This document shows positions 49,773 through 57,621 of a stretch of 63,921 bases of DNA, in pieces (the stretch's first letter is position 1; every line of letters begins with the position of its first letter). Where the stretch lies: the IMG/VR virus record IMGVR_UViG_3300045806_000080, positions 1 to 63,921 of that record. One strand, 5' to 3'. Under the pieces are notes generated by a model that saw nothing but the letters and a program-made list of their open reading frames with translations, searched no databases and was not told the origin of the DNA. The stretch is from a virus. Its lineage: Duplodnaviria; Caudoviricetes. The position numbers were made by a program, and so were the translations under genes.

Positions 49773-49773
49773 T

Positions 49774-49905
49774 ATGTTCATCGTCGTCACCAACCGCGCC
49801 GATGGCTCGGTCTACGGCCCGTTCGACACGCTCACCGCGGCCGAGAACTACGCTCACAGTCACTGTGTCGGCTGCTGCTGGCACGTCGCCATGCTGACCA
49901 AGTAG
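49774..49905 (+). CDS. Small hypothetical protein
   Basis: Palindrome + AAGGAG; YGPF.T...AE.YA. Confidence 0.6.
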   Translation: MFIVVTNRADGSVYGPFDTLTAAENYAHSHCVGCCWHVAMLTK

Positions 49906-49914
49906 GGGGCTGGC

Positions 49915-50235
49915 GTGGACCATCTGTTCAATTGCTGCACGGGCCTGGGCGGGGCGGGCATGGACCATCTGTTCAACTGCTGCACTGACGGGGCCGAGCC
50001 TGACTGGTCTACCTACAAGTCGCTGGAGGTCGGTGGCTGTGTGACTGAGCGCGAGCCCAACGGCGACACGTTCACGGTCGGCGGCAAGGACGACGACGAG
50101 GCCGAGTTCTGGACGGTCTACGGCCGGTTCGCCGATGGCGACTGCGAGGCCATCACGGATTGCAAGACGCGTCAGATCGCCGACCTCGTCCTGTCGGCGT
50201 TCACGATCGTTTCCCGTCTCAAGGCGGAGGTTTGA
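49915..50235 (+). CDS. Hypothetical protein with duplicated start segment
   Basis: MDHLFNCCT twice; AEFWTVYGR...EAITD. Confidence 0.65.
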   Translation: MDHLFNCCTGLGGAGMDHLFNCCTDGAEPDWSTYKSLEVGGCVTEREPNGDTFTVGGKDDDEAEFWTVYGRFADGDCEAITDCKTRQIADLVLSAFTIVSRLKAEV

Positions 50236-50237
50236 TC

Positions 50238-50429
50238 ATGGTCAAGACAACGAGAGCGCAGCGCGTGGCGCTGTTCAGGCTCTGGGAGCGCAAGGACAGC
50301 CGGCGGCCCGACGAGACCTACTGCCGGTTCAGGCGGCGCGTGCAGCCTGAGTTCTGCGGCAAGGCCATCATGATCGAGTGGGCCGGCATGTGGATCGGGA
50401 TCGAGCCGGACGGATACGCGCACAGCTAG
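50238..50429 (+). CDS. Conserved small phage protein
   Basis: GGAGG RBS; ends MWIGIEPDGYAHS. Confidence 0.7.
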   Translation: MVKTTRAQRVALFRLWERKDSRRPDETYCRFRRRVQPEFCGKAIMIEWAGMWIGIEPDGYAHS

Positions 50430-50439
50430 GGAGGGTCGG

Positions 50440-50673
50440 ATGACACGAGCCGAACGTCGACATCATCGCGGGCGCTTGCTGGTCAAGCGCAGGGGCTACG
50501 CGGTCGCCAAGGACGACCCGACACCCAAGCGCCTGGGCAAACTGGCGCGCACGGCGACGCCCTGCTCCTGCGAGATGTGCCGCAACCAGCGGGCGAACGA
50601 AGGCCCGACGCTCGGCGAGCGTCGCTTCAACTGCGAGCCATTGAAGGTGCCCGAGGTCTGGTTCGATGAGTGA
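50440..50673 (+). CDS. Small basic Cys-motif protein
   Basis: TPCSCEMCRNQR. Confidence 0.65.
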   Translation: MTRAERRHHRGRLLVKRRGYAVAKDDPTPKRLGKLARTATPCSCEMCRNQRANEGPTLGERRFNCEPLKVPEVWFDE

Positions 50674-51025
50674 CACGGTCACGAGCGAGATGCGCGTGAT
50701 GCTGCTGCTGCGGCTGTATGGGCGGGCGATCGCCCGTCTGACCGGCCGCAGCGCTGACGCTCAGTGGGTCGATTACTGGACCATCGGCGACAACTGTGTG
50801 TCGAACGCGGTGCTCGGCAGGCTCGTGGAGAAGGGCCTCGCCCACCGTGTGTGGGTGTCGACGAACGCTGGGCGCAACCAGTACGCCGAGTTCGTCTTCG
50901 GGAAGCAACCAAGAAAGCGGAGAGCGTCATGCAAGACGACCCCACCTATGACATCTGCCACCAGCGCAAGAAGGGCTTCCGCGTCTACGTCCGGCGCGAC
51001 CTGCGCGACCGCATCCACGTCGTGA
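50666..51025 (+). CDS. Hypothetical protein
   Basis: Coupled ORF; WTIG...V...L.RL.EKGL. Confidence 0.55.
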   Translation: MSDTVTSEMRVMLLLRLYGRAIARLTGRSADAQWVDYWTIGDNCVSNAVLGRLVEKGLAHRVWVSTNAGRNQYAEFVFGKQPRKRRASCKTTPPMTSATSARRASASTSGATCATASTS

Positions 51026-51106
51026 CGCCGAGCACGCTCAACGCGTGGGTGATCGGCGGCGCGAAGCCTGCAACCTCGAAGGGATTGTAACCATGAGTAA
51101 TTCGTC

Positions 51107-51322
51107 ATGAGCGGCGACAGCGAGTGGCGCTGCCGCTCGTGCGGCACGATCTGGATCGCCGACCACCAGCAGCTCGTCTGCCGTGTGTGCGGTGACGAGA
51201 AGGTCGCGCTTGCAGAGCGGCCGACAGCGCCCCGTCGCAAGCATCCCAACATCTGCTTCGGCGACATCATCCTCGGCGGCCTCGCGCCGCCAGCCAGCAA
51301 CAGCAAGACATTGGAGAGATAG
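51107..51322 (+). CDS. Zn-ribbon protein
   Basis: CRSC...CRVC. Confidence 0.55.
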   Translation: MSGDSEWRCRSCGTIWIADHQQLVCRVCGDEKVALAERPTAPRRKHPNICFGDIILGGLAPPASNSKTLER

Positions 51323-52048
51323 ATGCGAAACGATATGTGGTGGGCCTCGGCCTCGACGATGAACCAAGCGGTCGACCGCGGGCTCAACGCCTACCTCGGA
51401 AGCCTCGGCTTCCCGGACGCGAAGGTCCTGTTCATGGACGAGCTGCCGCCCCCCGACGCCTACTGGCGCGGCGCGCTCAAGGCCAGCTACGAGTTCCTCA
51501 AGACCCATAAGCTCGGCGACCACATCGCCGCGCCTCGCTCGTGGCGGCAGGCGTTCGGCACCGGCCAGATGATGGAGCGGACCGATGTCCCCTCGTCACT
51601 GGTCGGGCTCCTGGCTGAGTTCTACGCGTTCAACGCGCGAACTACTGCGACAAAACCCTGCAACCCACACGACGACCGCACGATCACGATCGGTCAACTC
51701 AAGGGCGTCGCTGCCGGCTTGGTGAACGACGGCGACCCGTTGGACGGCATCGAACTGTACGACGGCACCAACGAGTATATCCGAGGCATGTCCGAACTGA
51801 TCGGTCGGTCGCTGCTGGACCTGCTCGGCGTCGGCGACGGCACGGGCGAGAACGCGAAGCTGATCGCGGCCGAGATTGCCGCCAAGTTCGAGCCCGAGCC
51901 CAAGCCCGTCAAGACGACGATCACCGCGACCGTGACGATGCCGTTCTTCGGCACGACGGCCGACGCTCAGACGTGGGCCGAGAACCACACGATCTTCGAG
52001 ATGCTCGATGCGAGGGGCGTCAACGTGGACGGACCGAACATCGCCTGA
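51323..52048 (+). CDS. Hypothetical (possibly mosaic) protein
   Basis: GGAGA RBS; stop codon abuts a palindrome. Confidence 0.65.
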   Translation: MRNDMWWASASTMNQAVDRGLNAYLGSLGFPDAKVLFMDELPPPDAYWRGALKASYEFLKTHKLGDHIAAPRSWRQAFGTGQMMERTDVPSSLVGLLAEFYAFNARTTATKPCNPHDDRTITIGQLKGVAAGLVNDGDPLDGIELYDGTNEYIRGMSELIGRSLLDLLGVGDGTGENAKLIAAEIAAKFEPEPKPVKTTITATVTMPFFGTTADAQTWAENHTIFEMLDARGVNVDGPNIA

Positions 52049-52156
52049 ATTAACCCGTTAATCGGGGACGGAGCCGAGACGCAAAGCGCAGGCTCCGTAG
52101 ATAAGCCCTCGAAACACTCGGGCTTATCTCGCTCCACTTCGATAAGGATCAGAACT

Positions 52157-52675
52157 ATGTGGAATAGCTATACCGACACCTCCGCTTGGCGGGGCGTGAA
52201 CGACTATCAGCGCGCGTTTGAACGCTGGCAGAAGGCCCCACAGTGGCGCGGCGATGAGAAGTCCGACTTCACCCCGCGCAAGGTCGAGCGCAACAGCTCG
52301 AAGCGCGAGTGGACCCGACGCGGCACTGGCACCGCCGAGCTGACATACGTCTTCATCGACCGGACCCGCTGGCCCGAGCTGCTCAACATCCGCACGTTCT
52401 ACCCGGACGCCGACGAGCGCCTCCTGTGCTACGGGCGGCCGGTCACGAGCCGGTACTCTCGCGACCCCCGCCCGAACTTCGGGTCGGGAGGGTGGGAGAA
52501 AGTCCCCCCGCTCACGCTGCCCGAGCGATCAGCGCGCCAGGCCGGGCGCATTATCGAGGCCATGCGGCTCGCGCTCTACAAGGCGCACGACTGCATCGTG
52601 ACCGAGACCCTGCCCCACTACCAGAGCTGGTCGCATCTGCGGACGGTGGCTGAGGCCAACCGGAAGCTGTCGTGA
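52157..52675 (+). CDS. Hypothetical protein
   Basis: AGGATCAG leader. Confidence 0.65.
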   Translation: MWNSYTDTSAWRGVNDYQRAFERWQKAPQWRGDEKSDFTPRKVERNSSKREWTRRGTGTAELTYVFIDRTRWPELLNIRTFYPDADERLLCYGRPVTSRYSRDPRPNFGSGGWEKVPPLTLPERSARQAGRIIEAMRLALYKAHDCIVTETLPHYQSWSHLRTVAEANRKLS

Positions 52676-52935
52676 CCGACGAGCCCTACGTCGTCGGCTG
52701 GGACCACGACGAGATCGTCTCCGAGATGGAGGCGATGATCCTGTTCCGCCGGCACAAGCAGACAGCGTGGGTCGGCCACTGGACGCTCGGCGGCCGGGTG
52801 ATCAGCCACGAGCTGCTGGCGGGCATGCTCATAAAGGGCCTCATCGACCGCTTCCGAGACGACAGCTTCAGCTTCGAGCGTCGCATTAACCCGAAATACG
52901 ACAACGCAGGAGGCAACTATGCCGCGAGTGATTGA
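52672..52935 (+). CDS. Hypothetical protein
   Basis: Coupled ORF; WTLGG..IS..L...LIKGLI. Confidence 0.55.
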   Translation: MTDEPYVVGWDHDEIVSEMEAMILFRRHKQTAWVGHWTLGGRVISHELLAGMLIKGLIDRFRDDSFSFERRINPKYDNAGGNYAASD

Positions 52936-53080
52936 GAAGACCGTGTTCAAGTTCGACAAGCTGAGCAAGCGCGCCAAAGAGAAGGCGCGTGACTGGTATC
53001 GGAACGCGTCGTGCCAGGACTGGGAGCCGAACCTCCAGGAGTTCGACGACTGCGCCACGAGTACGAGTTGGCTCAATTAA
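52919..53080 (+). pseudogene. Probably truncated conserved phage gene
   Basis: AGGAGG RBS; MPRVIEKTVFKFDKLSKRAKEKARDWYR; stop codon lies inside a palindrome after 53 aa. Confidence 0.5.
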
Positions 53081-53115
53081 CACGTTAATCCAACGAAAAG
53101 AGAAGGATCAGCATC

Positions 53116-54213
53116 ATGGCTAAGGCGATCATCACCACTGGCGAGCCCACCGTCAACATCCCGCAACTCAAGCGGATCATCCGCGACGACATCATCGAGG
53201 ACAACGACGTCGGGTTCTTCTACGGCGAGGCCGGCATCGGCAAGACCTACGCCATCCGGCAGGCGTGCGAAGATGCTGGCGCGTTCCTCTGCGAGATCAG
53301 GCTCGGGCAGTACGACAGCGTCGACCTCCGCGGCTTCCCAGGCGTCGATGCGCTGAACAACACGACCTGCTGGTATCCTCCCAAGACGCTGCCGATCGTG
53401 GGCACGCCGGGCTGGCCGACCGACAAGCCGATCGTCATCTTCTACGACGAGGCGACCAGCGCGACGATGCCGGTCTGGGCCGTCATGTACCAGGCGTTGC
53501 AGGACGGCGGGATCGGCGAGCACAAGTTCATGCCGAACGTCCGTCAGTGCGCGGCTGGCAACCTCGACACTGACCGTGGCGTGGTCAACCGGACGCCGGC
53601 CCCGGTGTCCAACCGCTGCCTCAACTTCCGTGTGGCGCTCGACATCAGCGCGTGGATCAAGTACATGGCCGCGCTCGGCACGCCCCCGCTCTACCTCGCC
53701 TACCACGGCTGGCGCGGCAAGGAGGGCAAGAACATCCTCCTGAGCTGGGACCCGGACGCTGCCGTGCAGCCCAAGTCCTACGGCTCTCCGCGGTCCTGGG
53801 CACGGGCGATCCGCAAGCACGTCAAGTACGCCAACCGCGACCCCGACCACGCGTTCATCGCCATGGCGGCCTCGATCGGCGAGGGGCTGGCGCTCGACTT
53901 CCGGGGCTTCGAGCAGATTTACGAGAAGGTGCTGCGCCCCGAGGACATCATCAAGAACCCGAAGGGCGTCAAGCTGCCCGAGGACGAGAGCCTGATTTAC
54001 GCCACGGCTGTCAGTGTGAGCGGTGCAATGACCTTGACTACGGTCAAGCCACTGCATACGTTTCTCACTCGGCTCGACCCTGAATACTGTATAATGGCCT
54101 GGCAATTGGCTGTGGCTCGGGACCCGGCGATCTACATGGCCGACGAGTTCCTCGACGTCAGCCAGCGTTACAAGGCGATCTTCGACGTGGCGACGTCCAG
54201 GAGGGCTACGTGA
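53116..54213 (+). CDS. MoxR/dynein-related AAA+ ATPase
   Basis: GEAGIGKT, IFYDE, AAGN, NR, SPRSW. Confidence 0.9.
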   Translation: MAKAIITTGEPTVNIPQLKRIIRDDIIEDNDVGFFYGEAGIGKTYAIRQACEDAGAFLCEIRLGQYDSVDLRGFPGVDALNNTTCWYPPKTLPIVGTPGWPTDKPIVIFYDEATSATMPVWAVMYQALQDGGIGEHKFMPNVRQCAAGNLDTDRGVVNRTPAPVSNRCLNFRVALDISAWIKYMAALGTPPLYLAYHGWRGKEGKNILLSWDPDAAVQPKSYGSPRSWARAIRKHVKYANRDPDHAFIAMAASIGEGLALDFRGFEQIYEKVLRPEDIIKNPKGVKLPEDESLIYATAVSVSGAMTLTTVKPLHTFLTRLDPEYCIMAWQLAVARDPAIYMADEFLDVSQRYKAIFDVATSRRAT

Positions 54214-54716
54214 TAGCGATAGGACAACGCTTCGGCCGCCTCGTTACCGACGCTGAGGTGCGGCTGCCGGTAGGCTCTGGGCGGCAGATGCGGCTCCACT
54301 ACGTGTGCCTTTGCGATTGCGGTGCAGTGACAAAGCCGATAATGTCCTCGAACCTAACTTCGGGGCGTACGATGAGTTGCGGCTGCCGGCATGGCGAGGC
54401 TGTGCGTGAGAATGGGTTGGCGAACAAGCGGCACGGCCACTCTTGCGGACAGGCGCTATCTCCAACCTACTCCAGTTGGAGGTCGATGCGCCATCGCTGC
54501 GCCAACCCCAGATCGCCTGACTTCCCGGACTACGGGGGGCGAGGCATCACAGTGTGCGAGCGGTGGCGCTCGTTCGATGACTTTCTGGCCGACATGGGAG
54601 AGCGGCCAGCAGGCACGACCATAGACCGTGCCGAGAATGACGAGGGCTACCGCCCCGGCAACTGCCGATGGGCGACGCCATTAGAGCAGCGCCACAACCA
54701 ACGGCGCTGCCAATAG
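54210..54716 (+). CDS. HNH homing endonuclease-like protein
   Basis: GQRFGRL...C.CDCG...SCGC...YGGRGI.VCERW...TIDR...Y.P.NCRWAT. Confidence 0.88.
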   Translation: MIAIGQRFGRLVTDAEVRLPVGSGRQMRLHYVCLCDCGAVTKPIMSSNLTSGRTMSCGCRHGEAVRENGLANKRHGHSCGQALSPTYSSWRSMRHRCANPRSPDFPDYGGRGITVCERWRSFDDFLADMGERPAGTTIDRAENDEGYRPGNCRWATPLEQRHNQRRCQ

Positions 54717-54784
54717 TTTCTCCCCGAGGTAAGTGGGAGGAAGGCCGAGCGATCAAGCCCGGTCAGTGAGAGGATGGGACAGGA

Positions 54785-55075
54785 ATGACACAGACAGGAA
54801 CTGAGACGGGCAAAAGCAAGAAGAAACCCGTTCGCAGGTCTGTGAGGCAAATGGCGCTCCCGGAGATCAGCGAGAAGATCATGGAGCGGAGCTATCAACG
54901 CTCCGGCGTGGTCGCTGGCGGAACTCTGTTGAGCAGCGGAGCCAAGCAGGCAACAGTGGCGTTCACGCCCCCGACCTTCCGCAAACTGAAACTGGCGGCC
55001 GACCAGAACGGCGTGAGCCTTTCTGAGATGGTGCGCCAGTGTGTGGACATGGCCCTGAACAAAAAGGGCGAGTGA
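54785..55075 (+). CDS. Ribbon-helix-helix DNA-binding protein
   Basis: ATVAF.....KLK.AA...GVSLSEMVR..V. Confidence 0.7.
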   Translation: MTQTGTETGKSKKKPVRRSVRQMALPEISEKIMERSYQRSGVVAGGTLLSSGAKQATVAFTPPTFRKLKLAADQNGVSLSEMVRQCVDMALNKKGE

Positions 55076-55083
55076 CCCCTCCC

Positions 55084-55131
55084 CGTCCCCGGCTCGAACA
55101 ATAAACACAACGAGCCGGGGCGGGATTTATT
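55084..55131 (+). terminator. Hairpin/terminator after RHH gene
   Basis: CCCCGGCTCG...CGAGCCGGGG followed by ATTTATT. Confidence 0.55.
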
Positions 55132-55147
55132 AGGATCAGACCTCCCC

Positions 55148-55387
55148 ATGCCCAAGCGATTAAGCAAGCGCATCCAGCGCATACGGCTGGCTGCGATCAT
55201 GGGTATTGTGCGCCTTGAGCCCTACACTGACGCCTGCATCCGCGACCGATACACCATTAACGGCGTCGAGGTGACGGCGCAGCTCCGCTGGCTGTGCGAA
55301 CGCGACTACCTGCACATCCGAGAGTGGGAGCCACGATCCGGCAAGGGCGGCCCCGTGCGGTTCGATCCAGGCAGGAGCCCGCCATGA
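55148..55387 (+). CDS. Small protein, apparent paralog 1
   Basis: LAAIMG...Y.ING.EVT..L..L. Confidence 0.6.
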   Translation: MPKRLSKRIQRIRLAAIMGIVRLEPYTDACIRDRYTINGVEVTAQLRWLCERDYLHIREWEPRSGKGGPVRFDPGRSPP

Positions 55388-55650
55388 TCGAACTACCCGA
55401 CGATCCGTTCACGCGGATCGACCGAGGGATACTGGCTGCGCTCGCGTTCGGCGGCCTTACGATCGGCTTCGCTCCCGGCGACGACGGCTTCATCCGCGAG
55501 GAGGGCATCGTCTTCCGCGGCAAGAACGTCACCAATGAGATCGGCCGGCTGATCATCCTGATCAACGGCGGCTACGGCGACAAGGAAGCCTTGCCCAAGT
55601 TGCGTGCGCTGATGGGGCGGATCGACGCTCACCCGTTCAACAACCTCTGA
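55384..55650 (+). CDS. Small protein, apparent paralog 2
   Basis: LAALAFG...FRG.NVT..I.RL. Confidence 0.6.
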   Translation: MIELPDDPFTRIDRGILAALAFGGLTIGFAPGDDGFIREEGIVFRGKNVTNEIGRLIILINGGYGDKEALPKLRALMGRIDAHPFNNL

Positions 55651-55657
55651 GGTTCCC

Positions 55658-55888
55658 ATGGACCTGACCGACCGCGAGCGCCGCGTCTACACGGCGGCGC
55701 TGATGGGGCTCGTGCGCACGATGCTCGACCGCAGCTACCTGTCGTTCGTGATCGGTGATGACGACGTGACCGAGACGTTTGATCGGCTGCGCTTCACCCA
55801 CAGAATTTTGACATGGGAGAGCACCGAAGACTGTCGGGTCATCTGCAAACCGCGAGACCCTGACGCTTACTGGACCCGGAAGGACTAA
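55658..55888 (+). CDS. Small protein, apparent paralog 3
   Basis: TAALMG...F.IG.DDVT..F.RL. Confidence 0.6.
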   Translation: MDLTDRERRVYTAALMGLVRTMLDRSYLSFVIGDDDVTETFDRLRFTHRILTWESTEDCRVICKPRDPDAYWTRKD

Positions 55889-55892
55889 GACA

Positions 55893-57068
55893 ATGGCTAG
55901 TCAAGCAATCACCAAGATGCAGCAGGCGCGTGGTCGCCTGATCTTGCAGCACGTCTTCTGGGCGGTGCTCGCCCTGAGCCTGCCGATGGTGGAAGACCCC
56001 GGCTGCGGCACGGCGTGGACCGATCACAAGCGGATCGGCTTCGACCCCAAGTTCATCGAGAGCCTGCCGCTCGACGTGGTCCTGTTCGTGATCGCTCACG
56101 AGGTGGCTCACGTCATGTTCCTCCACGCGCTCCGGCGCGGCGACCGGGACCCCATGCTCTGGAACATCGCCTGCGATCACGCGATCAACATCCTGCTCAA
56201 GAAGTGCGGGTTCACGATCTGGTCGAAGGCGTGCTGCGACATGCGCTTCGCCGCCATGAGCGCCGAGCAGATTTACGAGCAGCTCAAGCAGGAGGCCGAG
56301 GCGCGCGGCAAGGGCAAGCCGGGCGACGAAGCCGGCGACGGCAAGGGCGGCACCATGAAGAACGGCAAGTACGTTCCCGCGCCTGGAGAGATGGACGGCA
56401 TCGGCGGCGACCTCAAGTACGTACCGATGACGCCGGAGGAGGTCCGGGAGGCCGAGCGCGACACCAAGGGCAAGGTCTCGCAGGCTGCGACGCAGGCGAA
56501 GATGTGTGGCCAGCTTCCGCAGGAGATCGCCCAGGCCGTGGGTGAGCTGCTCTCCCCGCCGCAGCCCTGGTATCGCGTGTTCGCCGAGTACATGCGCCAG
56601 GTCGTCTACGAGGACGAGAGCTGGCAGCGCCGCAACCGGCGGTACTCCGCCTACTTCATGCCCGGCCGCCAGAACTACAAGATGGGCGAGCTGGTCATCA
56701 TCGGCGACACTTCGGGCTCGATGTGCTCGCCGGACGTCTACGCCCGTATGTCAGTTGAAATCCAAGGCGTGGTAGAACAGTTGAAGCCCACCCGCACCCG
56801 CGTGATCTGGGCCGACGACACCGACTGCTCGTCGCAGCAAGTGTTCGAGTACGGCGACACCATCAAGATCGCTCCTGTCGGAGGGGGTGGTACTGACATG
56901 CGAAAGAGCTTAAAGTACGTCGAGCAGTACGAGCCGCTCGTCGTCCTGCTCATAACAGACACCTACACACCGTGGCCTGCAAGCGTCCCGTACCCGCTGA
57001 TCTGCGCGAGTACAACAGACCAGGCCATGCCAGCCAACCTCGGTCGAACGGTCCACCTCCCACGATGA
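55893..57068 (+). CDS. DUF2201-like metallopeptidase + VWA domain protein
   Basis: HEVAH zinc motif, WNIACD.AIN, MIDAS DTSGS, GGGGTD, ITD. Confidence 0.9.
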   Translation: MASQAITKMQQARGRLILQHVFWAVLALSLPMVEDPGCGTAWTDHKRIGFDPKFIESLPLDVVLFVIAHEVAHVMFLHALRRGDRDPMLWNIACDHAINILLKKCGFTIWSKACCDMRFAAMSAEQIYEQLKQEAEARGKGKPGDEAGDGKGGTMKNGKYVPAPGEMDGIGGDLKYVPMTPEEVREAERDTKGKVSQAATQAKMCGQLPQEIAQAVGELLSPPQPWYRVFAEYMRQVVYEDESWQRRNRRYSAYFMPGRQNYKMGELVIIGDTSGSMCSPDVYARMSVEIQGVVEQLKPTRTRVIWADDTDCSSQQVFEYGDTIKIAPVGGGGTDMRKSLKYVEQYEPLVVLLITDTYTPWPASVPYPLICASTTDQAMPANLGRTVHLPR

Positions 57069-57604
57069 CACCCTACAGAGAAGCCCTTGAGGCCGAAATA
57101 GGCCGGTGTTATGGCCGGCTTACAGTTATGCTGCTTGTCAAGCACGGCAAGCGGTGGGCCGCCATGTGTGCCTGTTCCTGTGGCGGCACAGCGGGGCCGA
57201 CGTTGTTCAAGCACCTGCGATCCGGTCACTCGTTCAGTTGCGGTTGCGCACAGCGCGAAGCCGTGAAGGAGACCGGCGAGACTAGCAGGCATGGCGGCGC
57301 GCGTCGCGCGGGCAGGTCACCTACCTACCGGGCATGGCAGGCAATGCGTGGCAGGTGCCGCAGCCGCGACCAACATAAGCGGCAATACTATCTCGACCGC
57401 GGTGTCACTGTCTGTGAGCGATGGGACACCTTCGAGAACTTCCGTGCCGACATGGGTGAGCCCCCGGCCGGGTTCACTTTGGACCGGATCGACCCTGACA
57501 AAGGCTACTCACCTGAGAACTGCCGGTGGGCAACTTGGGTAGAGCAACGAAGCAACCAGCGCCGGAACTACTCCGACGCGTCCAAAGCGCGATTAACGCG
57601 TTAA
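57065..57604 (+). CDS. HNH homing endonuclease-like protein
   Basis: YGRLTV..C.CSCG..SCGC..VCERW..TLDRID..KGY.PENCRWAT. Confidence 0.88.
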   Translation: MTPYREALEAEIGRCYGRLTVMLLVKHGKRWAAMCACSCGGTAGPTLFKHLRSGHSFSCGCAQREAVKETGETSRHGGARRAGRSPTYRAWQAMRGRCRSRDQHKRQYYLDRGVTVCERWDTFENFRADMGEPPAGFTLDRIDPDKGYSPENCRWATWVEQRSNQRRNYSDASKARLTR

Positions 57605-57621
57605 TCGAGAGGATCAGAACC

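Larger units (their letters stand above)
44887..57606. repeat. Dispersed 16-bp palindrome GATTAACnnGTTAATC (11 copies)
   Basis: Starts at 44887, 45854, 46358 (degenerate), 47231, 47536, 48071, 48504, 49745, 52048, 53075, 57591. Confidence 0.95.

Noticed and set aside
52078-52090. c-di-GMP-I riboswitch (GACGCAAAGC)
   Set aside because: The upstream GNRA-capped P2 stem and the other conserved elements are missing
44887-57606. Palindromes as CRISPR repeats, integron attC sites or CtrA boxes
   Set aside because: Spacing is gene-sized and irregular with no cas genes; arms are only 2 nt apart and do not fit RYYYAAC/GTTRRRY; CtrA needs TTAA-N7-TTAA whereas this is N4
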